DNA of 23,666 nt from Abditibacteriaceae bacterium (GTDB taxonomy: Bacteria > Armatimonadota > Abditibacteriia > Abditibacteriales > Abditibacteriaceae). Within the stretch, counting starts at the first letter, position 1. Each line of letters begins with the position of its first letter. The notes beneath the pieces were generated by a model, which saw only the letters and a program-made list of their open reading frames with translations, did no database searches and was not told where the DNA came from. Positions 1-7,058 of this stretch are shown in pieces. The position numbers were made by a program, and so were the translations under genes. The stretch lies in NCBI GenBank assembly GCA_031425655.1, contig JANPJS010000263.1, forward strand, positions 1 through 23,666, read 5' to 3'.

Positions 1-11
1 ACTTGAAATCT

Positions 12-100
12 CGTGCGCGAAGGCGCACGGTCGGCGCAGAGCGCCCGGAGCCGCGATTTCAATCGCAGGGCACTTGCCACACCCAACTGCGTAAGGTGAG
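12..100. repeat. REP/MITE-like structured element, probably truncated by the window edge
   Basis: Two hairpins, CGTGCGC-gaag-GCGCACG (12-29) and GCGATT-tc-AATCGC (53-66), followed by CTGCGTAAGGTGAG (87-100), which could be a terminal repeat. No partner end is visible. Confidence 0.4.
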
Positions 101-112
101 TTATCTTTTAAA

Positions 113-139
113 CCTCTGCGTCCTTCGCGTCCTCAGCGG
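113..139. repeat. Degenerate 9-bp tandem repeat, 3 copies
   Basis: CCTCTGCGT CCTTCGCGT CCTCAGCGG immediately before the apbE start. Confidence 0.6.
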
Positions 140-1323
140 TGACAAATATGAATCCAGCTCTTGCTCTTGACCGCGACAGCATCGTTGCGCCACTGCATCG
201 CTTCGCGCACATGGCGATGAATTGCGATTGGGAAATTTTCATCGCCGGCGAAGACGCCGAATACGCGCGGCAGGCGGCTTTTGCGGCGTGGGACGAAGTG
301 GATCGCATCGAAGAGCAAATCTCGCGCTTCATGCCCGGCAGCGACGTGATGCGTTTGAACGCGGCGCAGCCCGGCGACGAAATTCGCATCGGCCCCACCG
401 CGCTCGACTGCCTGCTTTTGGCGAATGAAATCAGCGAGCAAACGCAGGGCGCTTTCGACGTGATGGTAGGCCGCGCCATGGATCGGATTCGCGCCGGTGA
501 AAACAGCGGCCCCGAATTTTTGCCCAACGCGCCGCTGCTGGAAATGGACGCGGCGCGCGGCATCGCGCGTGTTTTGGGCGAAGGCGTGGCCATTGATTTC
601 GGCGCGTTGGGCAAAGGCTACGCGGTAGACCGCGTTTTGGCCGTGCTACGCGAATGGAGCATCGAAAACGCTTTGGCGCACAGCGGCAGCAGCTCGTGCG
701 CGGCGCTGGGAACGCCGCCTGGCTGCGACGGCTGGCCCGTAGGTCTGCGCGACCCGCGCGATGCGAGCAATGAGGCAACGCTGGGCCGGGTTTCGTTGTG
801 CAACGCGGCGCTCAGCGGTTCCGGTTTTCAAACGCAGGGGCATCACATCATTGACCCGCGCAACGGCACTTTAATCAAAGGCAGGATCGGAAGTTGGGCG
901 TTGTGCCGCAGCGCCGCACGTTCGGACGGAGTTTCCACCGCGCTGATGGTGATGGCGCCCGACGAAATTGACCACTTTTTCGCGCAGAATGCTGAGGATT
1001 CCGGTCTGGTTTTGCTCGGATCAGCAAGGAAACCGCAGGTCGTGGGCAGCGGGTTTTTGGCCGAGGTGAAATTAGATTTCGACGCCTTTACGCCGCCGGA
1101 ACCAGCGCCGGACGAGCCGCCAGAGATTTCGCTGCTGGCCGACCCGATTGTGCGCCCGTTCGTAGGCCATCGCGCCACGCTGGTGTGGCCGAATGGCGCA
1201 AAGCAAAGCGGCGTTCTCATCGCCGCCAGTGCCGATTGGCTGCATTTACAATCCGACGACGGCGCGACGATTTTAGTCCCGCGCGAAGCGATTGCGTGGA
1301 TTGACGCAAACCCGAAAGCATGA
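139..1323 (+). CDS. apbE: FAD:protein FMN transferase (ApbE family) with a C-terminal ~60-aa extra domain
   Basis: ApbE motifs: AMNC (usual AMGT), SRF..GSDV.RLN, TQGAFD, IDFGALGKGYAVD, GWPVGLRDP, HHIIDPRNG, SDGVSTALMVM. No signal peptide or lipobox. Start is GTG139 or ATG148. Confidence 0.92.
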   Translation: MTNMNPALALDRDSIVAPLHRFAHMAMNCDWEIFIAGEDAEYARQAAFAAWDEVDRIEEQISRFMPGSDVMRLNAAQPGDEIRIGPTALDCLLLANEISEQTQGAFDVMVGRAMDRIRAGENSGPEFLPNAPLLEMDAARGIARVLGEGVAIDFGALGKGYAVDRVLAVLREWSIENALAHSGSSSCAALGTPPGCDGWPVGLRDPRDASNEATLGRVSLCNAALSGSGFQTQGHHIIDPRNGTLIKGRIGSWALCRSAARSDGVSTALMVMAPDEIDHFFAQNAEDSGLVLLGSARKPQVVGSGFLAEVKLDFDAFTPPEPAPDEPPEISLLADPIVRPFVGHRATLVWPNGAKQSGVLIAASADWLHLQSDDGATILVPREAIAWIDANPKA

Positions 1324-1360
1324 GAAGTCGCGTCTTACTTTCCTGTGGTCGGCGAAGAAT

Positions 1361-2134
1361 TTAACCTTGTCCGAGGTCTTGTTCGACAAATTTTTCGCCA
1401 TCCCAGCGGTAGATCAAAAAATCGTCCTGTTTATCATATTGGCTCGCGGTTTCTTTGAATGTTTGACCGTTCCATTTGTAGACAACCATATAAATTAATT
1501 TGCTATTTTGAAACTCTAACGTCCAAGGCACGAGGAAGCCATTTTTATCCAACGCTCGTCTATAATCCATCTCCCATTCGTGCCAGCCATTTCCACCAAC
1601 GCCTTCAAAAATATTTATTGCGGGTTTTTTGCGAAGGCCATTTTTAAAAGTCAGAATTGTGTCAGCGCGAGCGAATCCGCTATATGGCGACTGAGTCGTA
1701 ATTCGTGCCAAGATAATGGGCTTGGTTTTGCGAGTTGGGTTAAGCCAACATTTGAGCATTTCGCAAACGATTTTCGTCATTGGCCCAAGAGAAACAACGC
1801 GCTTCAGAGCGATGGTGTGCATCCTCTTATAAAACAACGCTTTGCGCCCGCGCCGGACGACGAATACATCTAACCGGCTGTTGTGAATGCCGTTTGCGGC
1901 GAGTTTCTTGATTGGTTTAAGATCATAAAAGTGCAGCGCCAGCTTTTGGCCTTGAATCGTAGTCAATCCGTAAAAACGCGTGATGGCGGTTTTGGGACGC
2001 CATTTCACCACGGATGGGGGAATGCGCGCGACGTAGTTGATTTTCGTCGCGCCGGGCGGAACATTTTTGACTTGGCTTTGCGCGGCGCATTGCAATGCTA
2101 AAGCAGCGGCGAAGAGAAAACGCAGGCGCATCAT
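1361..2134 (-). CDS. Hypothetical secreted basic protein (257 aa)
   Basis: Start reassigned to ATG at 2134: MMRLRFLFAAALALQCAAQS is a signal peptide, TACAAT lies 7 nt upstream, and the longer ORF would overlap the MFS gene. Confidence 0.75.
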   Translation of the reverse strand: MMRLRFLFAAALALQCAAQSQVKNVPPGATKINYVARIPPSVVKWRPKTAITRFYGLTTIQGQKLALHFYDLKPIKKLAANGIHNSRLDVFVVRRGRKALFYKRMHTIALKRVVSLGPMTKIVCEMLKCWLNPTRKTKPIILARITTQSPYSGFARADTILTFKNGLRKKPAINIFEGVGGNGWHEWEMDYRRALDKNGFLVPWTLEFQNSKLIYMVVYKWNGQTFKETASQYDKQDDFLIYRWDGEKFVEQDLGQG

Positions 2135-2141
2135 GCTTGAT

Positions 2142-2147
2142 ATTGTA
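2142..2147 (-). promoter_or_regulatory. -10 box TACAAT, probable leaderless promoter
   Basis: TACAAT-N7-ATG with no Shine-Dalgarno. Confidence 0.6.
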
Positions 2148-2186
2148 ACCGGACGCGCCGGCAAACCTCTATTTCGCAAAATCGGG

Positions 2187-2214
2187 TTGACGCGGCGCGC
2201 TCGTGTGTTAACTT
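2187..2214 (+). promoter_or_regulatory. Sigma70-like promoter for the MFS gene
   Basis: TTGACG-N16-TAACTT with an extended -10 TG at 2206-2207. Confidence 0.45.
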
Positions 2215-2288
2215 GACCTTGTGTCCGACAGCGAACAGCAAGCGAATTTGCGGCTTGCTGTTTTTGTTTTGTCTGAGCGATTTTTCTC

Positions 2289-3773
2289 ATGTCCGCCCAA
2301 TTTTCTCCGCTTCGCCACCGCGCCGACCGCGATGAAACCGCCGAATTGGAAGGCGAACGCCTGCTCGAAGGCGAACGCTTGCCGGTCGAAACGGTGCGGC
2401 TTTCGATGACGCGCGTTATCGCGGCGTGGGGCTTTGGCGCGGCGTTTTTCAATCTCGCTTCGGGCGCGATTTACACGGCGTTCGCGCGGAAATTGGGCGC
2501 CGACGAGCGCGTCATGGGATTGCTTTTCGCGGCGCTGCCGCTCATGAGCATTTTTCAGGTGATTTCGGCGTGGCTGCTGGGGCGAACCGGCAAGCGCAAG
2601 CATCAAATGATGATCGCCGGACTGGTTGGGCGCAGTTTGTGGATGGTCATGCCGCTGCTGCCGCTGTTTGCGGTGTGGTTTCCCGACCGCATTACGCAGC
2701 GCGAAATTTTGCCGGCGGTCATCGGCTGTGTGCTGATTTCGAGCATTTGTCAGGCGTTTACGGGGCCGGCGTTTTTCTCGTGGATGGCCGACCTTGTGCC
2801 CGCGCGGGTGCGCCCCAACTTCTTCGCGCAACGAATGCGCGTCGGCACTTTGGCGGCGATTGTCACGGCTTTGGCGGGCGGTTTCATCGCCGACAAATAT
2901 CCGACAATGGGCGTTTATTGCGCGCTTTTGATGGTCGCCGGCTTTTGCGGCATCATGGACATCGCCTTGTTTTTCGGCGTGAAAGAGCCGCCGTCCAGTG
3001 AAGGGCCGCAAGCTGACAACAGCGCATTGCCTCCGCTGCGCGCGGGGCTGCAAAACGCCCTGCGCGAGCCGGATGTGCGCCGTTTTTTGGCGTTCGTGGC
3101 ATTACTGACGGCCAGTTACGGCCTGACCGGAGCGTTCGCGTGGCTTTTCGCGCTGGAATACCTCGGCTTGTCGAAAACCACCACGAGTCTGATTCTCAAC
3201 ATCGCACCGCTGCTCGGCATCGCGCTGACTTCGCGCTTCTGGGGACGGGCGATTCAGCGTTACGGCAACCGTCCAGTGATTCGCTTTTGCTCGGTGGGTT
3301 TGGCCCTTGTGCCTCTTGGTTTCATCACGGCGCAAAGCAATTCGTGGTTTTGGCTCTTCGTCATAACGTTTTTATCGGGCGTGGTGGCGGCGGGCATCGA
3401 ACTCACCAACGTCAATCTCATGACCCGATTGGCGCCTCATATCCCGCGCTCGACGATGACGGCGGTTTTTTCGATTGTCGCAGGCATTTCGATGGCCGGC
3501 GCCTCACTTTTGGGCGGCCAACTGGCGCACTCGCTGACGTGGGTCAATGAGATGGATTTCGAGCTTTTCGGCCTGCCGATTGTGAATTATCACATTCTTT
3601 TCGGGCTGAGCCTGCTGATTCGCTTGGTCAACGCCACGTTCGTCGTGCCGCGCTTGCAGGAACCCAGCGCCACCAGCACGCTCGAAGCCGTCAAGGAACT
3701 GGTGCCGGAAATGATCGAAGGACTGGCTTCCCGCCTGTCGCGCCCGATTCATATGCGCGCTCACGAAGATTGA
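2289..3773 (+). CDS. MFS transporter
   Basis: About 12 hydrophobic segments in two halves; loops GRTGKRK and FWGRAIQRYGNR; SWMADLVP..R..FFA.R motif. Confidence 0.9.
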   Translation: MSAQFSPLRHRADRDETAELEGERLLEGERLPVETVRLSMTRVIAAWGFGAAFFNLASGAIYTAFARKLGADERVMGLLFAALPLMSIFQVISAWLLGRTGKRKHQMMIAGLVGRSLWMVMPLLPLFAVWFPDRITQREILPAVIGCVLISSICQAFTGPAFFSWMADLVPARVRPNFFAQRMRVGTLAAIVTALAGGFIADKYPTMGVYCALLMVAGFCGIMDIALFFGVKEPPSSEGPQADNSALPPLRAGLQNALREPDVRRFLAFVALLTASYGLTGAFAWLFALEYLGLSKTTTSLILNIAPLLGIALTSRFWGRAIQRYGNRPVIRFCSVGLALVPLGFITAQSNSWFWLFVITFLSGVVAAGIELTNVNLMTRLAPHIPRSTMTAVFSIVAGISMAGASLLGGQLAHSLTWVNEMDFELFGLPIVNYHILFGLSLLIRLVNATFVVPRLQEPSATSTLEAVKELVPEMIEGLASRLSRPIHMRAHED

Positions 3774-3777
3774 GTGC

Positions 3778-3815
3778 TGGGCGCAATCCGCCCAAAGGGC
3801 ACCGGGCGCCCCTAC
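3778..3815 (-). repeat. Double hairpin or GTAG-type REP-like sequence between convergent genes
   Basis: Minus strand reads GTAG-G-GGGCGCC-c-GGTGCCC then TGGGCG-gattg-CGCCCA. The TAG is the kinase stop codon. Confidence 0.35.
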
Positions 3816-5350
3816 TTTGTCGCTTCGCCCATTTGACACGGCAAACGAATTTCCACCAGCAATCCGCCGCTTTCGGCGTTGCGGGCGACGACTTGGCCGC
3901 CGTGTAAATGCACGGCGCGTTCGGTAATGGCAAGGCCCAATCCGACGCCGCCGCTTTGGCGGTCGCGCGCGTCGGCGATGCGATAAAAGGGGCGGAACAA
4001 TTCGCTTAACGATTCTTCGGGCACGCCTTCGCCGTAGTCGCGCACCGCGATGACGGCCCAATCGGTGCCTGTCGCGTCGTGTTCACAAGTCAGGCTGATT
4101 TGCACGGTTGTATCGTCCTTCGTGTAGCGCACGGCGTTACGCACCACGTTTTCAATCGCGCTCCGCAGCAGCGATTCGTTGCCCGAAACCGCACACTCGC
4201 AACTCGATTCCACGCGCACCGCGCACTCGCGGCTGCTGGCTTCAAAGTCGGCATCATCGCCGATTTCCGCGACTAAGCGCGCGATGTCTACGGGCGCGGT
4301 TTGCGTCATTGGCTCGCCGCTTTCCAATCGTGAAATCGTCAGCAGTTGGCCGATCATGAAATTGAGGCGCTCGGCTTCGAGTTCGATGCGATCAAGGTCT
4401 TCAACCGATTCGTCGCCGGCTGTCGTGCGCACCAAACCTAAAGCCACGCTGAGGCGCGCTAAAGGTGAGCGCAATTCGTGCGAAATATCGGCGATGAGGC
4501 GATTTTGCGCTTTCATCAGCGATTGCAGGCGCTCGGCCATTAAATCGAAATCACTGCCCAAGCCGCCTAATTCATCGCGGCGCTTTGTCAGTTTGGCACC
4601 GACGCGCGCCGATAAATCGCCGCGGGCTAAGCGCTGTGCGGCGCCGCGCAACTGCACAATCGGCGTCGTCAGGTTGCGCACCAAGCCGTAGCAGACAAGC
4701 CCTGTGGTTGCGAGCAAGGCCAGCAGGCGCAGTATCTGCGTTTGTGAGTCGGCGAAAAGCCACCACACATACCAGCGAAACGGCGGCCCGCCCGGAGGCC
4801 CGCCCGGAGGCCCGTCCTGTCTCCGCCGGTCGCCGCCGCGCCCTCCACGCGGCCCAAAACGCCCGCCGCTGGTCGTGCCCGCCACGACATAAGTTTTGCC
4901 GGCGAAACTGGCGCGCCGCGCTGCAAGAATGCGCCCTTCAGACGATTCGCGTTCGAGATTACCGCTGCGTATGGCGCGTTGCACCAAGCCTTTCAAAGTC
5001 GCCGCGCTATTGTCTTCCGGTTGAGAAACAGAGGGCGCGGGTCGTTTCAAGGCGCGCCCTTTGTCGTCGAATAGAAAAGTTTGCAATCGCTCGGTGTCGG
5101 TGAGATAAGGTTTTGCGGCGTCCGGCCCGGAACGGCTGAGAAGGGCGGCGGAGGCTTCTAAATAAGCTGTCAGAGCATCGTTGGACGGTGCAAAACGGCG
5201 CTGTGAAGAGCCGTTTTCGCGGTCTCGCCGCTCTTGCATCTGGGTGTGCGCGCGTTCCTGCGTGCTGGCCACCAAAGCCGCGAAAACGATGACGACGAGG
5301 GCCATCGCCATCCAGAACCACAGAAAAATCTTAAGAAACAGGCTTCGCAT
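3812..5350 (-). CDS. Sensor histidine kinase, CpxA-like (TM-periplasmic-TM-HAMP-HisKA-HATPase)
   Basis: MRSLFLKIFLWFW N-terminus, H-box DISHELRSPLARL, N-box ENVVRNAVRY, D.G.GV, FRPFYR..ARDRQSGGVGLGLAI. Confidence 0.95.
   Translation of the reverse strand: MRSLFLKIFLWFWMAMALVVIVFAALVASTQERAHTQMQERRDRENGSSQRRFAPSNDALTAYLEASAALLSRSGPDAAKPYLTDTERLQTFLFDDKGRALKRPAPSVSQPEDNSAATLKGLVQRAIRSGNLERESSEGRILAARRASFAGKTYVVAGTTSGGRFGPRGGRGGDRRRQDGPPGGPPGGPPFRWYVWWLFADSQTQILRLLALLATTGLVCYGLVRNLTTPIVQLRGAAQRLARGDLSARVGAKLTKRRDELGGLGSDFDLMAERLQSLMKAQNRLIADISHELRSPLARLSVALGLVRTTAGDESVEDLDRIELEAERLNFMIGQLLTISRLESGEPMTQTAPVDIARLVAEIGDDADFEASSRECAVRVESSCECAVSGNESLLRSAIENVVRNAVRYTKDDTTVQISLTCEHDATGTDWAVIAVRDYGEGVPEESLSELFRPFYRIADARDRQSGGVGLGLAITERAVHLHGGQVVARNAESGGLLVEIRLPCQMGEATK
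4785..4814. repeat. 12-bp tandem repeat (2.5 copies) encoding GPPGGPPGGP
   Basis: GGCCCGCCCGGA GGCCCGCCCGGA GGCCCG. Confidence 0.8.
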
Positions 5351-5354
5351 GGAG

Positions 5355-6068
5355 TTAAGCTACGGCGTCCTGACGGGTCAGGGCGTAAACGTAGCCCGCC
5401 CCGCGCACCGCTTTGATGCGCTCGGCTTGGCCGACCGAGTGCCCCAGTTTGCGGCGCAGATTGCTGACTAAAGTGTCAATGCTGCGGTCAAAGGGACTCA
5501 GCTTGCGGCCCAGAACGGTGCTGACTAATTCTTCGCGCGTGACAATGCGCCCGGCGTTTTTCAAAAGAAGCGTTAATAAATCGAATTCGGCGCCGGTTAG
5601 CTCGACGATTTCGCCGCCGCGCTGCGCCAGACGCGCACCGAAATCCAATTCCATGTCGCCCACGCGCAGAGTTTCGGGTTCGGAGCCATCCGGCAAGGCC
5701 GCGCTTTTGGTGCGGCGCAGAATGGCACGAATGCGCGCCGTCAGTTCGAGAGGATTGAAAGGCTTGGCTAAGTAATCGTCGGCGCCGGATTCGAGGCCGA
5801 CGATGCGATCCACATCGTCGCCGCGTGCCGTCAGCATCAAAACCGGCGTTTCTAATTCGGCGCGCAAACGCCACAAGACATCGAAGCCGTTCAATTTCGG
5901 CAGCATTACATCCAGCACGATCAGCACGTAGCCGCCGCCGAGCGCCTTTTCGACGCCGCGTTCGCCGTTGTTGGCGGTTTCGATTTCAAAGCCTTCGCGC
6001 GCCAAATAGCGCGTCACCAGCGTGCAAAGCTCCACGTCGTCGTCAATAATTAAGATTCGCTCTGCCAT
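5355..6068 (-). CDS. OmpR-family response regulator, CpxR-like
   Basis: RILIIDDD, LDVMLP, GADDYLAKPF, winged helix SPFDRSID..VSNLRRKL, VRGAGY. Start reassigned to ATG6068, which has GGAG 5 nt upstream. Confidence 0.95.
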   Translation of the reverse strand: MAERILIIDDDVELCTLVTRYLAREGFEIETANNGERGVEKALGGGYVLIVLDVMLPKLNGFDVLWRLRAELETPVLMLTARGDDVDRIVGLESGADDYLAKPFNPLELTARIRAILRRTKSAALPDGSEPETLRVGDMELDFGARLAQRGGEIVELTGAEFDLLTLLLKNAGRIVTREELVSTVLGRKLSPFDRSIDTLVSNLRRKLGHSVGQAERIKAVRGAGYVYALTRQDAVA

Positions 6069-6093
6069 GTTCGCTCCGCTTGTTCCGAAGTCA

Positions 6094-6102
6094 ATTTTAA
6101 CA
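6094..6102 (-). promoter_or_regulatory. Extended -10 for the regulator/kinase operon
   Basis: TG-T-TAAAAT, 25 nt upstream of ATG6068. Confidence 0.5.
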
Positions 6103-6143
6103 AGGCCGCGTTCGCTGCCCTGTGGAGAATTGTCAAGCCGCGC

Positions 6144-6160
6144 TTCACAAAATCTCACAA
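6144..6160 (+). promoter_or_regulatory. Candidate OmpR-family direct-repeat binding box
   Basis: TTCACAAAATCTCACAA, i.e. TCACAA repeated with a 10-bp period in the divergent intergenic region; identical 16-mer at 20348-20363. Confidence 0.6.
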
Positions 6161-6242
6161 TGCGAGCGAGGCTGTGAAGCAACCCCGGCAAGCGGCACGC
6201 TTTCTAAACGGCCATTCAACAAGCGTTGGAAAAGGAAAAATC

Positions 6243-6971
6243 ATGAAAAATCAAAAATGGATCGCCGGCCCTTTGGCGCTGGCGTGCAGTCTGGGAATGG
6301 CCGGATTAGCCGGCGCGCAACCGCCTGCAACGCCCGGCGCGGGCACCAATCCGCCCAATCAGACGGCGGGCGGCAACCTGCGCGCGACTTGGCAAAACAT
6401 GACGCCCGAACAGCGTCAAGCGGCCATCGTGCAGTTCACGGAGCGTCGTTTGCGTAACGATCTGACGCAGGCCGGCTTTGCCGACGCGGCCACGCAAGAC
6501 CCGATTGTCGCTTTCTCCAAAACCATGGAAGCGCTGCGCCGGCCCTTGCGCGAAAAGGCGACCAAACTGCGCGAAGCCGTTGCCAATAAAACTGCGGACG
6601 CCGTCGTAACGCCGCTGATTAGCGATCTGCGTAAAGCAACCGAAGACGCCAAACAGCCACGCGAAGAAGCGTTGAAAGTTTTGGACGGCAAAATCAACTA
6701 CAGCACGAAGCCGCGCCTTCAAGCCTTTTTAATGGTTGGCGGCTTGCTTGGCGATGAGATGGCCTTCGCAGGTGGCGCCGGTGGTTTCGGCGCCGGTGGT
6801 TTCAGCGGTGGCGGTTTTGGCGGACAAGGCGGACGTGGCGGCGCCGGTGGACAAGGCGGAGCCGGGCAGGGCGCAGCCGGGGCCCAGAACGGTCAAGGCG
6901 GCGCCGGTGGCCGTGGTCGCGGACGCGGTGGACGCGGTGGAAACAACGCCGGCAATGCCGCCAACAATTAA
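6243..6971 (+). CDS. Periplasmic Spy/CpxP-like helical protein with Gly/RGG-rich tail
   Basis: ATG6243 with AAGGA RBS; signal peptide ending AGA-Q; MTPEQRQ (LTxxQ-like); helical core; divergent from cpxRA-like genes. Confidence 0.65.
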   Translation: MKNQKWIAGPLALACSLGMAGLAGAQPPATPGAGTNPPNQTAGGNLRATWQNMTPEQRQAAIVQFTERRLRNDLTQAGFADAATQDPIVAFSKTMEALRRPLREKATKLREAVANKTADAVVTPLISDLRKATEDAKQPREEALKVLDGKINYSTKPRLQAFLMVGGLLGDEMAFAGGAGGFGAGGFSGGGFGGQGGRGGAGGQGGAGQGAAGAQNGQGGAGGRGRGRGGRGGNNAGNAANN

Positions 6972-7003
6972 GAACGGTTTGAATTCGCGTTGAAAAGCGA
7001 TTT

Positions 7004-7052
7004 CAAAAGCAACGGCCATTTTCGTATTTTGCGAAAATGGCCGTTGCTTTTG
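7004..7052. terminator. Bidirectional intrinsic terminator
   Basis: Perfect 21-bp inverted repeat CAAAAGCAACGGCCATTTTCG with a 7-nt loop, between convergent genes. Confidence 0.85.
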
Positions 7053-7058
7053 CAGCAT

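Noticed and set aside
2135..2452. N-terminal extensions in the ORF track (also 6069-6191, 6174-6242, 20288-20329, 22278-22301)
   Set aside because: They overlap neighbouring genes or promoters; internal ATGs fit signal peptides, RBS or paralog starts better
6131..6136. Perfect TTGACA on the minus strand as the -35 of the regulator gene
   Set aside because: It is 31 bp from TAAAAT, and no -10 is present at 16-18 bp spacing
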